A DNA stretch of 61,759 nt, the filler included, from Choristocarpus tenellus KU-1152 (taxonomy: Eukaryota; Protista; Phaeophyceae), in the NCBI GenBank assembly GCA_964200185.2. It is 11 parts of 11 records of this genome, joined end to end, with 100 filler letters (N's around TTAATTAATTAA, not from the genome) between each part and the next. Parts side by side here need not be neighbours in the genome. Positions count along the whole stretch, not along the records: positions 8,736 to 18,658 come from CAXNAD020003280.1; positions 18,759 to 21,572 come from CAXNAD020024527.1; positions 21,673 to 24,816 come from CAXNAD020022001.1; positions 24,917 to 30,887 come from CAXNAD020009285.1; 7 more parts are not named here. The stretch is one strand, 5' to 3'. Positions 11,450 to 24,985 of the stretch are shown one piece after another. Both the position numbers and the translations under genes were made by a program. Within the stretch, counting starts at the first letter, position 1. Each line of letters starts with the position of its first letter. The notes under the pieces were generated by a model that was not told the DNA's origin, did not search any database, and saw only the letters and a program-made list of their open reading frames with translations.

Positions 11450-13200
11450 TGTTAGGTTGCTAGGTAGAGAGGGAAAATTTACCTGTGGGGGGTTCTGTAA
11501 TAGCAAAAATGTTGTGGTCCTACCAGTATCGCTATGGTGGGATCTTGTCCTCATCATCTGAGGACTCACCATTGCTGTCAGAGGAGCGTATAGAATGTGG
11601 AGGCAAAGATGGGGTTCACTCTGATCCTGCTGCTGGAGGCATTTCTGGAAGGACGTGGAGATGGTCATCAGAGCAGTAAAGACGGTGTCGACCTTGCAGA
11701 TTGTCGAGAATGGTTATTGTTGGCATCTGCCTCACTGCTGTAGTGTTCACTTCTTGGCCCAGATTTGAGGCCATCACTTGGTTGTATGTTAAATTATCCC
11801 CCAGCTCATACATGGATAGGAGTGATGAACAGAAGGATATTGCCAAATGTTGTAGTGGAGTGAACCATGGCATCCCCTCCCCTGCTTAGCCATGTGAAGC
11901 TCCACTCCCCCAGTCTCACCAGCCTTGTGCAAGCAGCCCTTGCCGACCACCTGCCTCGCCAGGATGCCTTCCCTAGGAGAGTCATCAAGGTCTGCCTTCA
12001 CAGCAAGCACTTTGGAAGCAGCAAGACCTCCCCCTCCAGGGGTTGCCCGCTTGACTCCTTCTCCATTAGGAGTTGGAGGCTTGACTCTAGCTGTTTCATG
12101 AGCGAGTGGGGGGTCTTGTCTTGGAGGTGTGTCATTGCAGCAAGCACCTCAGGTGTAGCTGCTCCTTTCTCCTCTGATGGAGGCTTTGCTACTTCTCCTT
12201 CTGATATCCTGTTCCCTTTTGTGGCAGGTATGGTGACTGCTTTTCTTGCTCTGTAAACAAAAACCTTGTCATCTCTAATCAGTGGGCATGCCCATACCCT
12301 CTCAGGGACAAGTGTGGCAACTTCTCCAGGTCTATCTGGCACAGGCTTGTTAACAGCTGCAACTCTGACCGCATTGCATCGATTGTCTCCATCATCTTGT
12401 GCAGGGATGAGCTCGTTATAAGTAATGGCTGTTGTCCTTGGAGCACTTTTTAGTGTCACGGCTACCGCCCCATTTTTTCTCCTCTCTCACGTTTCATCTC
12501 ACCAATCCACAAGGCGCCGCTTATGACCGTGGTGTTCTCAATAGTGCTGTCCGAGATGGAAAGAATCATTTTCATGGGAAGAATGATTTGCTGCCTCATT
12601 TCAGAACCCTTCATCCCATAGGGACAATCTGGGCCCGACTTGGGCTGGTACACACCCAGTTGAGGGCCGTGTGTTGGGTACAGCAGCCAGGACAGCAGGA
12701 TGATCCCTGCCGCCAACTCCAATACCGGCATCCACCTGAAAACGACAGTCCCAGTCTTGCATTGATTCCATTATCACCTTAAATAGACTCTCTACAGTAC
12801 AGTTGTTTGAAACGATCTTCAGCAAAGGGGACATCACTTCGAACTCAACCATGGACTGGTGCCCCTTCTCCTTCCGAGATATGTTTAGTATGGGTAGAAA
12901 CCTAAGGTTCCAATATATTGTGTTAAAGTATCCCCTGACTCATGTGTGGATAGGGGTGATAATTAGAGGCATAGTGCCGGAAGTTGTCAAGGAGTGATTA
13001 ATCATAAGGAGGTAGGCGGCTAGGAACATCAAGGCACATTGTAATAGTATAATCAATTCCTATCGATTCATTCATTCATATGAAACAATAGTTCTGGGAT
13101 TACCAACTAATAGCTATTGTATTCTGACTCTAGTTGGATATTACTACTGGTGTTCTTCGATGCAGTTGGAGGAGTATATTCGATCATTGTGCCCACTACA
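11450..13200 (-). mobile_element. Second decayed LTR-retrotransposon-like element; its 5' region is homologous to 10200-10790
   Basis: 12600-13190 aligns by eye with 10200-10790 (e.g. CATGGACTGGTG, TGTATTCTGA.TCTA, QDWD...AVP.TRP..G.VPA.VGP). PBS-like TGGTAATCCCAG on the minus strand near 13100. Confidence 0.5.
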
Positions 13201-15974
13201 GAAAAGATCATACCAATGGTCTCAGACAAATTATCGAGGAGGGATTTGTATTCCATTTATTGGCTGGGTTGCTCATAATTTTATGTCCAGTGCCAAGTTG
13301 CATTGCTCTACCCTTTAATGCAGCGTATTCTGGAGGAGGAATGCCTTGAGTACACAGTTGTAGGGTAGCTTTGTTAAAAACTCCAGTGGCGTGATCAGCA
13401 AGCCACTCTGATGTGAAGAATTCACCATACTTGTACCAATCAGTCAACAGTAATGTCAAACACACACACTCACACAACAAATTTCCACATGGCAGATTAG
13501 GCATTCCCCCCCTCTCACGCACTCTATAGAAGCAACAGATGTCTACCCTCAATCCAGCAGGCTTCTGTCGCCCACTACTCCTTCTCACACTTACTTTCTG
13601 CTGCTCAGCCTTAGCCTCGATCTGAGTCTTGTCAGACTCTTCTTTGTTTTATCTCACCCTTCACCTTCCTTGCCCTACCCTTCACAAGTGGAAGGTCATA
13701 TCCAGCAAATTGGTTGACTTCATGCTCATGATCTAGGTACTCGCCCCCACCATCCTAAGAGTACCTGCCCGTGTTCATGGCTCATATTCTCGTTGAACTA
13801 TGTAGTAGTGAGCTTGCTTGTGTGGTCTACATACTCCAAAATAGAAAATACTTTTAACCTAATAGAAATAATCAACCTCTTGGATTACGATTTCCATCAA
13901 TCCCGGTTTGTTCCAATTGGAAGCAATTGGAATTGCTACGTTTCACAACACTTAATAGAAGCGATGATTGCAAACCTGTCTCACAAGACAATCCTTTCAT
14001 TTCTGAAGGATTTCCGCCCACATGAGAATGTCACAGGTGGTTGGTGTAGGCCTGGTTGGACTCGACGGGAAGCATGGACCGGTCAAGTTTAGATTTTGTT
14101 GCTGTAGCAGTAATTACAAGAACAGCTATAGACGCAAATTGTACCGCATCCCGTCTGTTCTTGAAGTTAAGCTGGGTCGGGCTGGGGTAGTATTGCGATG
14201 GGGATCCATGTGGGAAGCCCAAACACGGCTCCTTTTTGTGCTTTGTCTCATGGACTACACACCAGCCCGCTGCAAAACAACAACAAAAAAAATCAGAGAA
14301 GAGGAGGGAAGGGGTATCATGGCGAGTATAAAATCCGATTAGAAGGTAAATCAAAGCCACAAACTCATAGTCCCTCTGTTCTGTGAAGCAAAGGTGCAAG
14401 GTGAGAGGCATTCAATATGCCCATCTCCAGGGTATATGGACGGGTATGCCAAGGGTCATGTCTGCCATGTCCACTTCAAAAAAATTCGGATATATCTGGA
14501 ATCCCACACATAGTGAACGCAGATATATTTGATGGTTGGCGGATTCAGAATTGTTTTCATCCGAAGTTATACATACTTATTTTTTCGTGTTGGGGTCGTA
14601 TAGTACTAGTATATAATACCTAATATATTTTAGTTATAACGTCCAACACCTTCCCGTTGGAAAGTTTGGGGCACCTTGGTAAGCATTCAGAAATTTTTCT
14701 GGACGAGCTAGCTACACATGTGGTAGGGGGTAGAGGAACAGGAGGCTACAGCAGAAAAGGGCTGGTCAAACCCAGATAGTCTCAGTCACAACGCAAGTAG
14801 CCCTATCTAGACGTGTTATGCGTTTTTAAGCTGGAGACACCAGGGAGATGGGCAAGGATATAAGAGTGGTCAAAAACACTATTTTAGCCATCAAAGTCAT
14901 TGTCATGCAGGAACCATGACTTGACCAGGGCCAAAAGAAATTGAGGCTCCCAAAGGCAGGTACGAGAGTGAGTTGCTTAGATCTATTATTGTGCACAGGG
15001 AATCACCACACAACCTACTGCACGTTGCAAAAAGCTGTTCATCGCCACATCATCTCAGTCCACCTCGATTAGCCCTCAAGAATCACAAATATGCGTAACA
15101 GTCTTTTTTAGTATTGGGGATTTGGCCAGCAGCCACCAAATACTTAGGCAACCAAAATCGGATATCACCACAGTGAATAAAACACTGGATGTCGGAATGG
15201 TATGAGAATGGAAGGGTAATTGTTGAGACTATGGGCTACCCATGATACGCTCGTATACCGACCCTCAGCCCTCTACAAATCCCAATGTCAAATGGGTCGA
15301 AGGATCTCAGAATATCTTAACTATCCTACTGTCATCTTCGCAAACATTTCTGTATTGTCTGTGGTGATATTGCATACCAAAGGTTGAATGCCATCTCGTG
15401 GCTACTGCTCAAAATATGTAGCTTGTATAGTAGTGTAGAAAAAATCAGTTTGTATCCTCTCTCCGAAGCTTGTTTGTTGGATATTTCTTAGTCATAGATT
15501 GACCTAACCCTGACAGGAAAAGCGCTTGTGTTCATGGTCAAGGGTCAAGGGATTAAGACGCCTTTTTTTTGCTATATCCACCATACTGACACCACCAGCA
15601 AACCCCCATCACCCGGTTATGGAAAGAAAATTACCAATCATTGATCAGTCTTCTAGAGTGTATGTATAACCCCTTCTCAGTCAGGTACGGCTGGGCAGTT
15701 TCACTTATCATACTCAATAGTAGTATAGTGGTTGTGGGTTGACTTGTGAAAATCATTTCAAGCCTTTTTTTCTTGTGATTGGAACTTGTGCGAAGTAATT
15801 TGAACGTCAGAGGACAGATATGTCATATCACTATCGCATGAGAGATTAAAGGACATTGGGGATCTGCATTCTTTGTCTCTATTTCACCATCATTCCACTC
15901 ACGTATCTCAATTATGTCCCTCCACTTGGTCCATCCTGCACGGTCTGGTGGATGTATTTTGATGTATTTTGCAG

Positions 15975-16707
15975 GAGATCACAAGACTCTTGATTGACAT
16001 ACTTGGAGTCGCGGAAAATAATGGTCTTAAGCTACCCAGGGAGTTTGGACTGCTCATCAAGCAGGCAAGGGGAGCAGTTTCCACCTCTATTGGATAGGGT
16101 AGTAACGGAGTGCTTTTAAGTAGAGCCTACTGCACAGTTTGAAATGACACTGATGTGCGTTCACATCCTTTCCATTGCTGATTGTTGGCATTCGTACATG
16201 ACTTGCTCATTGACTAGGTGATGTGCTAACTGGAGTAATTTGTGCAGTCTGTTTTAGGTAGTGCAGCATACCCCCGATTCTTGTGCATGCAATGCCAGGT
16301 TCAATGTTGTGCCGAAGGTGAATCATAGGCATTTTTTTGTTGCTTGTTGTGTTTTTTGTATAACTTGAACCCTGAACCAAGTGAAATCATTGTGTGTGTG
16401 TTGTGAGGGTTGTTGAGGACTCCTGATAGAAAGTTCACACTTTATGCCTGGCTTCACATCCCTGCCTCTGACTCTTCCCTCCATCTGTGCCAAAACTGAC
16501 ATCCACAAACTGGCACAACAAACATGGCATTCCCCCCCTACAGAGACAGAGCATAATCAACCCATTTGTCCCCCTTGCTGTTATGGCATCCTTAAACAGG
16601 CCTTATATTTCGACCGCTACACCCGTCTCCTGGCTCCAGACCTGGACCCCCTACGAGATGACCGCGTGACGCTGCCTAATGGCGATGGTGTGATTGAAAT
16701 GTTCTGA
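15975..16707 (+). CDS. ABC1/UbiB atypical kinase (plastid ABC1K9-like), last two exons 15975-16064 and 16600-16707; upstream exons not found
   Basis: Spliced product EITRLLIDILGVAENNGLKLPREFGLLIKQ|ALYFDRYTRLLAPDLDPLRDDRV matches the plant ABC1K9-type C-terminal motif GLKFPREFALLxKQxLYFDRYTRLLAP. The intron is GC-AG. Confidence 0.85.
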
Positions 16708-18758
16708 TTGCTCTTCTTCGGCGTTGAGATTATCTCAGTCATTGGAAGATCAGCTGCTACAGAGCATTCTTGCAGCGCTCAGTGCAATACCAAGAATGTC
16801 ACAACTTCATTGCTAGCTTCTGTTCCTCTTCCCATTAAGTTTTTTCTTTCCTTGCCTTTTGTTGGGACCTTGACCGACTACTCCTCCCTATCCAAAACGG
16901 AAAATATCAATTAGATAAATGGTCACCTAGGCCAGATGTAAAAGATATATATTATCTTGTTGACAAATTATTGTCGTTTCTGCTTTTCCTTCTACCTTTC
17001 ATTCAAGCTTGGGACCGGGTGTCTACAGACAGATATTAAGACAAAACTATAAGAGGAAAATTTAACTCGTCAAAGTTGTGGAACTTCTGTCCCTTGCTGA
17101 CTTTCTGCAATGTAGGTGTAAACTCGTCTGTATCCTAAGAGGGCCGCATTGAGGTTGTACCTATTTACTCTTAATGTTTATTTTGCAATATTTTCATGAG
17201 GTCAGTGGGGTCTGTGATATCACCTGGAAGCTGGAAAACCTAGTCTAGGCTAAAAAGGATATCACTTATAGGTCGCTCTGGAATCTGCTTGGAACTAACC
17301 TCTGTGAATTATACAATACTTTTGAGTGAAATGAAGGCAGAGGAGGAGTGAGTGTAGAAAGGGTGCCCAACATACTCTGGTCACAGGTGATTGCCATGGT
17401 GTAGTCAGTGCTCTTCCTATCAACATCACATGATACATGTGATACCACTGATTTGTCAAAGAAAAAAAAAACTGCTTGGTGATGTCGTGAGCTGGACTTT
17501 GTCATACAATCGTGCAAGGTAGCAATATCTCTCGGTGAAGAGCCCTTCGAACTTAGATATTATTTGATTCTTTTGGTGGAAGATGACATCCTTCGAGTAA
17601 TTGTGAATACATGTCTCCTCATGCGGCACATATATACATGTGTTCGTTCTTGCTTTGGAGATAGGTAAAAGGACTAGGGTGAAAAAAAAAGCACCATCCC
17701 ACATGATGATGGTGCAGCTAACTGATTGGACAGGAGAAGAGGATACACAGCAGTAGTAGCAACACACTTGTAGACCCCACCATGAGATAGACATGTACTC
17801 CACATGAATTAAAAGTGCGGTCTTGCCATAATTCCTATCATTTGTTTCTTAGTTCATGGATTAGAGTACCTCTTCTCTTGACGAATTTTGATCGCAAAAT
17901 TTAGAACTTTGGTCTGTGGAAGTGGTGGTTCACGCACCTCTTCACCAGCATCAATAGTATAGTGAGTTGGATTGTGCAATCAAGTAATAACAAAATACTT
18001 ATTTATTACTACACTTTCAGGTATCCCACTATATAGGGATCACCAAAGATTGAAACATTGTAAGAACACGATATTCTGTGACACCTCATGAAATTAATTG
18101 TTCTGCTGTTTTCAAGTCTTTTCAGGCGGCAAGATCTTGTACAACGGAGCAGTATCTATACTCTTCTAGAAGTACGAACCAGAGAGACTTGATTTTGTTT
18201 TTATGTTTTCCTTTTATTCCTCCCTAATAGAAATTCGACCTCTTGCAGGTGCTTGCATTTTAGACCTACCCATTTCTAGTTTTGTCTTCAACCGTATGTG
18301 AATCGTGTGATTCTGTGGTGGCATGATTCACTCAGGCAAGGGTGGCGAAGAGAATCACCGGGCAAGACGGACCAGACGAAACGTAACCGAGGGTACGAGG
18401 TTAATGTTGGACAAGTGCAAATTGAGGAGTCATGAGCATCTTCAAAGAAGGACCTCATGACCTCAAGTCAAAACATGAGAACAAAGTGGATCTTCCATGT
18501 GTGACAACCCTGAATGACGAGCTGTCCCAAGTCTGTGGGATTGGTCTCGTAAAGAGATTCCATGGTTTCATTATGATGGAAGGTCCGCTGACAAGGAACC
18601 TCAATCGGTATGATGGTATAACGGTATATGGCATACGGAAATAACGGTATACCAATAGNNNNNNNNNNNNNNNNNNNNNNNNNNNNNNNNNNNNNNNNNN
18701 NNTTAATTAATTAANNNNNNNNNNNNNNNNNNNNNNNNNNNNNNNNNNNNNNNNNNNN

Positions 18759-19270
18759 CCTCCCACAGCTGATACATCATTCAAGGAACGCTGTGCATAT
18801 GATGAATACGTCAGGCATCGCGAAGCCTTGTGGTTCCTGCTGGGACAGGCCACGAGGGGTGCTGCAGCTATTGTGGTCAGCTTGTATGATCAACACGTAC
18901 GAGAGGAGGCAGCCCCGACAGGAGGGCAGCCTGTCTCGAATTAGAGCAGATCTATGGGGGGCGCGCTGTGAGTCAGCGGTCCATGCTCGTCAGTAGAGGA
19001 CACTGCAGATTTCGACTACTAGTCTATATTGCACAGTATCTGCTACGGTAATAAGGGGTATTACTCTGAGTATATAAACAAACCTGCTATCCATATCACC
19101 CCCCCTTCTGATGGGTCTCGAAGTCATGGATGCATGATTCGAGGGTAACGAAAAGGCAATTTCGTCAGGACAACGTCGTATCAGTACATTACACCCGAAA
19201 TTGTTGATACAAAATGAAGTGTAATGAATGAGATGTGGCATTAATGAATATCTGATAAGGATTTAATCAG
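18759..19270 (-). mobile_element. 3' end of a Ty1/copia element: RNase H tail, polypurine tract and 3' LTR
   Basis: Minus-strand SDIH*CHISFITLHFVST...DVVLTK (cf. HIDIxYHxI...IxLxxVxT...ADxLTK), then PPT AGAAGGGGGGG (19109-19099) directly followed by TG at 19098. Confidence 0.55.
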
Positions 19271-19924
19271 CCTATGATAGATTTGATGGTGTGTGGTCAG
19301 GATAGCAATCAATATTTTAAGAGGTCTGAGAGTATGGAATCAGTATATCAGTCAGCCAAATACGAGAGAGGTTGATGGTATGTAGTGGGCATAGAACTAT
19401 CAAGCTCAAGGTCTGAGGGCATGGGGCCAGCAATGTGGTCAGCCTAAGTACAAATCGACAGGAATAGGGGACCATCATATAGGTCTCTGGTCTTCTACAA
19501 ACAGAAGATTCACAAAAATGAATGGGGAAAAGGAAGATATCACTTTACTGTGACAAAAACTGTTGAGTATCATTTCGTTTGTGATCTGATGATACTTGGT
19601 GAATTTTATACCACGATTTTAGTCACACTGCGATTTGTGAAAATACCAATGCTTCTACGGCGTAATCAAAATCAACAGACCAGATGAGTTTAACAGGCGA
19701 TGTGTGTATACTTATCCTTCATCACATTCTGATGTGATTGGACATGTTGCGCAAGGCAATGACAATAGAATGGACAACAGTGGTGGTTCAACTCTCAACA
19801 CGATACGAGGCGACCGCGACCATATGGTCATGATACATCATGTCAGGGGGACTATCCGACTCGAAAACAAAGAAAAATTAGACTTTTCTTGAGTCTCCAT
19901 GGCTTACTTAACAGTATAGTGTTT

Positions 19925-20194
19925 GAGTCAAAGTATCTTAGAGGGTAGAGCCGCGTCCATTTGGGGACCAAAATCCAATGTTGCCATTTTGAGGTAATTT
20001 TGACTATTGTATTTGTTAGGAAGTGCCAATATCCTTGTTCCAGACATATACATGATACCTATTCCAAAACGTACACATTTTGCCTATTCCGAAACATTTC
20101 GGAATGGGAAAAAGTCATTAACAAAACCTTGGGAAGCCAAGCCCCAAAACGGACAAACAGGGCAAGACTCGTACCCTCTAAGATACTTTCACTC
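19925..20194 (+). mobile_element. MITE family A, full length (270 bp), TIR GAGT(C/G)AAAGTATCTTAGAGGGTA, TSD GTTT
   Basis: 23-bp TIRs with one mismatch; GTTT duplicated at 19921-19924 and 20195-20198; about ten related copies or fragments in the window. Confidence 0.92.
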
Positions 20195-20206
20195 GTTTGC
20201 ACAAAA

Positions 20207-20386
20207 GGGTCAAACGGTCTGGGGGGGGGGGATGGTTTGTGAGGGGGCGTCCGTTTCGATCAAACAACTCTTTTTTTTGCTAACATTTCAAATCCGATAC
20301 GTGCGACCAAATCACACCAAAAAAACGCAAATCGAAAAAAGGGTGAAAAGCGGAAGCCGACACCCCCCCCCCAGATACTTTGACCC
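20207..20386 (+). mobile_element. MITE family B1, full length (180 bp), TSD AAAA
   Basis: GGGTCAAACGGTCT-G-run ... C-run-AGATACTTTGACCC flanked by AAAA; ends also occur at 1-46 and 38356-38414. Confidence 0.85.
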
Positions 20387-20541
20387 AAAATGAAATTCAC
20401 TATCGAAAAGAAAAAATGTAAAAAACAGGAAACGCCACCCGAAGGTGACCAGAAAATTCAAGTGTTAGTGAGCGTCCCGTGACGAAAGAGCAGTCTGCCG
20501 TAGCCCGTGTTAGCTTTTGTCTCTATTTCGACCCTTACCTG

Positions 20542-21165
20542 GACATTCCTCAGTGGATTGAGCGATGGAGGTAGATTTTTGTCCGAATGGCGTCTACTTC
20601 TATCGCTCGCCCTGTCTGTGGCTAAAGCAAGTGAGGATCAAAGCACAGGTTGGGGAACAGACTTGACTGGTCGAACGGGTTTTGATTCATTGCTTTTTGG
20701 AATGAACGAGGTGTACATCTCGCAGGAACCAAAGCAGGTTGTTTGTTTGCTGCAGCACAGACAGCTGGCGAGGAGTTCTGAGTTCAATCAGCTTGAAGCA
20801 TCGGTGCGAGGGTTGCCAGTACACTGTTGACAAGCTCTTGGTGTGGCAGCAAAGTTTGGCTTGATACCTCATCGTGCATGTACGTCCTGTTCTGGCGAGG
20901 CAGTCCTAGTTCCTGCCTAACAATCGGGGTTTCGGCTGAGGCAGCGAAAGGGTGTGACATGCTAGCAATCATAACACGGGCATCTCCCATGGTACCCAAC
21001 CAAACCATTGTGAGTCGTGTCCTTGTACAATGCAGCTTTTGTAGCATTTTGGTTGGCTAAACCAAATGCGAATTGGTTGCTTCGATTGGATAATTCCTCT
21101 ATGAGATCATCAAACTTTGAGTGTTGCCCCGAGGGTCTTACCGAGGCGATAATCACTTTCACCAT
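20542..21165 (-). CDS. Possible 5' exons of an unidentified spliced gene
   Basis: CpG-rich zone with ATG (MVKVIIAS) followed by GTAAG, and further AG/GT-bounded segments (QELGLPRQNRTYMHDE; ASDRSRRHSDKNLPPSLNPLRNVQ|gtaag). No family recognised; exon structure uncertain. Confidence 0.3.
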
Positions 21166-23630
21166 TTTATTATTATGCCCTCTGACATTTTGCAGATGTG
21201 TCAGGGGGGAAACCAATGAAATCGTTTTGGTCTAGATTGGGAAATTTGATAAAATTTGAAAATAAACACTACCGCCAGAAATCGGAGGGACACATAAAAA
21301 CTCCGATATAGTGGGTTATCCGATTTGGGCGAAATATTATGAACCAAATCAAAATTAATCATTTTTGTACCGCTTTTTTTCGACATGCTAAAAAATAGGA
21401 TTTTGTACCGCAATTCTCGTATTCGGGCGATTTGGCACAAAATCCCAGACATATTCACGCGAGTTTGGCGCGCGCGTAAAAAATTCTCGCGAAAAGTGCC
21501 CTTCTTCCTGGTTCATGTTACCATACAGCAGGACAGTACGTTGCTGGTAGGGATATAAAGTGGAAGCCATGCNNNNNNNNNNNNNNNNNNNNNNNNNNNN
21601 NNNNNNNNNNNNNNNNTTAATTAATTAANNNNNNNNNNNNNNNNNNNNNNNNNNNNNNNNNNNNNNNNNNNNGGGTGGGGTTGAGGTGATTTGCTGACTA
21701 TGTGGAAGTTGGATTAAGTGATAGGTATGAGTCACAGTGGTTATCCTGCTTTGGACAGAGAGGGAGAGGTGATGCACTGTAGGGTTCATTTCACAGTTCC
21801 TGATTGTGAGAACCATCGCGTCAGACTCAAGAAGGGACATGCACTGTGCGGTTGGTGTTCTTGGCCAATAACGTACAAGAGAATGCGATACATTTTTTGT
21901 GATTCTAATTTTTTTTTTGTGACCTTCATGTTAGTCTGACTACCCCGACTGCATGAAGACAAAGCAGCACGTTTTTTCTGTTGCAGGGAAGTCCTTCATG
22001 TAATATAATATGTTAGTTCGCTAGTTTAGACTGTTTGAAAAACTCACCCTGTGGCAGTCACACCAATGTACCTCAACTCTGAACAAGCGTCCATGACACC
22101 GGCATCGAAAACAACCTTGTTAGTCAGCACCTATTATATAGTAGCATTGCGCAGAGGTAGTTTAAGGCCAAGAAACAGTGGAAGGATCAGGTTAGGAGCA
22201 GAGCTCAGTGGCATTTGTAAGAGCCTGCGAGAAATTTGGGAAATCGAGCACACCAAGACAAGAACGTACGGGAGTCGTAAGGATGAAGTTCGGTAAAGTG
22301 ACACTTCCATCCCCACATTCATTACAGAGAAGGATGCAGAAACACAGAGTTGCTGCTACTGCGGAGCTGGCTGGGTCACCTTGAACGCCTATCAAAGTAG
22401 TTGAGAAGTTGCCTTCTGAGGAGGTTCGGGACTCAATGGACCAAGGAAAATGAATCTCCATCCCGCGATGAAAGGAATGTAAGCCTCAGTCACATCAGAA
22501 TAAAGTCTCTACCTACCACCCCTTCCAAGTGTGCGTTTGTGTCCACCTACCATCTCTGCATGCCCCACCCTTGCCACCGTGTCTGCAGCACCTGTCCTTG
22601 GGAAAAACAGAGTCGAGCCTACCTCATCCAATCCTGTCCAAGGCAAGGACCCCTGATCGGCAGTGAATGAGTCCAGTACTACTACCTGCCGAAGCAATAT
22701 CAGACAAAAATAGGATAGATAACCCGATGTTCAATAGTCAGGAGGAGGTGGCCCAAGCCCAAAATCAGCTTGAAGCTTGATTTCAAATTCGAACTTGATG
22801 TAAAATCAACGGTGTGCAATATGTTTATGTATAGTAGAAGAAATTATCCACGCCATACTCCTACGTAAATTATGGAGATCTGTACCAATAGCTAAATGAG
22901 GGCTGAATCGAGAAGCCATGTAGGACTCACTCTGGCATATTTGGCAGTTTTCTGACCGTCATCGGGTTGTCTCGAGGATGGCAATCGCGTCCCCGGCTTT
23001 GTGGAAATTTCCTTGTTCGGAAGGCAGAAAGGCCGGGGCGCTGGGGTGTACCACGGAATCCTCGAGACTGTCATAGCGGCGAGGAAGTGGCATGTCCCAA
23101 GAACACCAACCAGTAGGACTTGCTTTAGTTGGAGGTACATCCACAGAGGCTGTCCCACTAAGTTCTAAGACTTGCTTCCCTCTCACGAGTCTCTTACAAC
23201 AAAGGAAAGGGTCCAGTTGGCGATTGGACGATGGCTTTGTGTTAGTAGACAGAATTTGTTGCAAACTCGATTTTCGTGTTGATGTTGAGATTTGAAATTG
23301 GTTACGAAATGATAATGTTGATTTGTAATTTGTATTGTGGATCTTCTAGGTTTCCAATTCTTGGAAAGGCGCCATCAATTTTCTTGGATTGTGAAGGTGG
23401 AAAGGGGGGGGCTTGTTGTTTGTGGGAAGGAGGGTTTATCTTGTGCGTACGGGCCAGATTTCGGTGACTAATATCATACCCGAAGGATCATTACTGCTAG
23501 CATCCTAATTCCTCTCTTGTGCTTGGGTCGACAGTCATTGCATTTCATTCTATTGCTGCTTACCTATTTGGCGAAGAGTCTTCACCAGTTCGGCGGGATC
23601 AGACATACCAACAGGCTTTGTACCCTGGCA

Positions 23631-23888
23631 ATGCCCACGGCTGGACTATTTACTCTAGTTGAAGCTCAGGTGTACCACGGCTTCCGTCCTTCTGCTTTTT
23701 CTAGGCCGCCTGGATCCATCCGTTGTGTTACGCCTTCACGAGGTATGGCGAACAAGACTACAGGTGGGGGTACGGTGAATACAAAGGAAGAATTGGAGGC
23801 GGACATGCCGTCGCCAAAGACAGTTGGCAAGGGGTCATCCTCGTCAAATGGAGAACCCAATGCGAAAAAGCCGTCGAATTCAAAGAAG
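23631..23888 (+). CDS. Possible first exon of an unidentified gene
   Basis: CpG-rich ORF ending in a strong donor AAG|GTAAGA (...NAKKPSNSKK). No homology recognised. Confidence 0.3.
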
Positions 23889-24916
23889 GTAAGAACAAGG
23901 AAAGACTAATATGTCACAGAAAAGTCGGTTACATATTCTGTGATACAAACTTGAAATTGTGTTTTTGCACCCAAGCACGGAGGAGGCACATGGGCATAAA
24001 ACACAATCCTATCATCAACCCCTTCTGAAATAAGAGTGATTTTTGACCAAACAAGATGGCGAGAATTAAGTGATGGACGTTCTTCAAGTGTTTTTCAATG
24101 TTTTATTCATACACTCCAATTAATGGAATTGCCCCCTCCATGAAACCTATTGAGCTGTCTTTATATTAAAGTCGCTGTAAAATCGAGCAGGAAGTGGGAG
24201 ATGGACATGAAATGCATCCCCGTTTGATTTTGCTGCTATCACGTAATACAATGGTGAAAGTGTATTTGATACCTTCTATCTATTGCATTACAGTTTTAAT
24301 AAGACTGCGCTTGTGGGAATGGGTATGCAATTAATTGCAAAATACTGCACCAGGAACATACACCATGTATACATGCATGCATTCATCGTTCTTAATGAAA
24401 TCAGGTCAAATCGCTAAAACTGTTTGACATTCATACCTTCATGCCCTTTCACATACAACCCAAATTTAAGTACTACACACGCCTTACCAGGTTCACTACG
24501 AGAACCTCCATCCTCATACAGTGGTAATATACGTATAGGCGATTTCAATTTTCCTAATGCAGCGCTTTTTGATCAATTGGATTCCTTTGTACTAGAGTAC
24601 CTCCCCAATTGATTGCACACCTAACATGCGCTTGCTGACATAACACAAAAAAATTGCATTGCCGGTATCGATGTCCCTTCACCGTAGGTTGGGCGGCGAC
24701 AGGGCAGCACCAGCAAGAGCGGGGGCAGGAACAGTACTGGGGGGAAGTCTGAGGACAGTGTAACCAATGACAGGGATGAACATCCCTGGAAGGTCTGCAG
24801 ATACATGTTTTTTTTTNNNNNNNNNNNNNNNNNNNNNNNNNNNNNNNNNNNNNNNNNNNNTTAATTAATTAANNNNNNNNNNNNNNNNNNNNNNNNNNNN
24901 NNNNNNNNNNNNNNNN

Positions 24917-24985
24917 CAAAAATCACGACATGAAAAAATTGACCCCAAATGGACAGCCTCCACCCCCTCCCAGATACTTTGAGCC
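24917..24985. mobile_element. End of MITE family B2 at contig start
   Basis: ...CCCTCCCAGATACTTTGAGCC; the interior matches 61690-61759. Confidence 0.8.

Noticed and set aside
21202-21510. CAGGG...CCTG-bounded segment as a hAT MITE
   Set aside because: TIR match is very short, there is no 8-bp TSD and no second copy in the window.
22050-23300. Several overlapping 60-100 aa ORFs as a gene
   Set aside because: Coding-like composition, but stops in every frame, no consistent splice model and no recognisable motif.
23482-23494. GAAGGATCATTA, matching the 18S rRNA 3' end
   Set aside because: Only 12 nt; upstream sequence lacks the conserved 18S terminal helix (AAGTCGTAACAAGG).
24621-24806. Candidate final exon of IFT172
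   Set aside because: Lies on a different contig and lacks the expected CxxTGYP / CPW C-terminal motifs.
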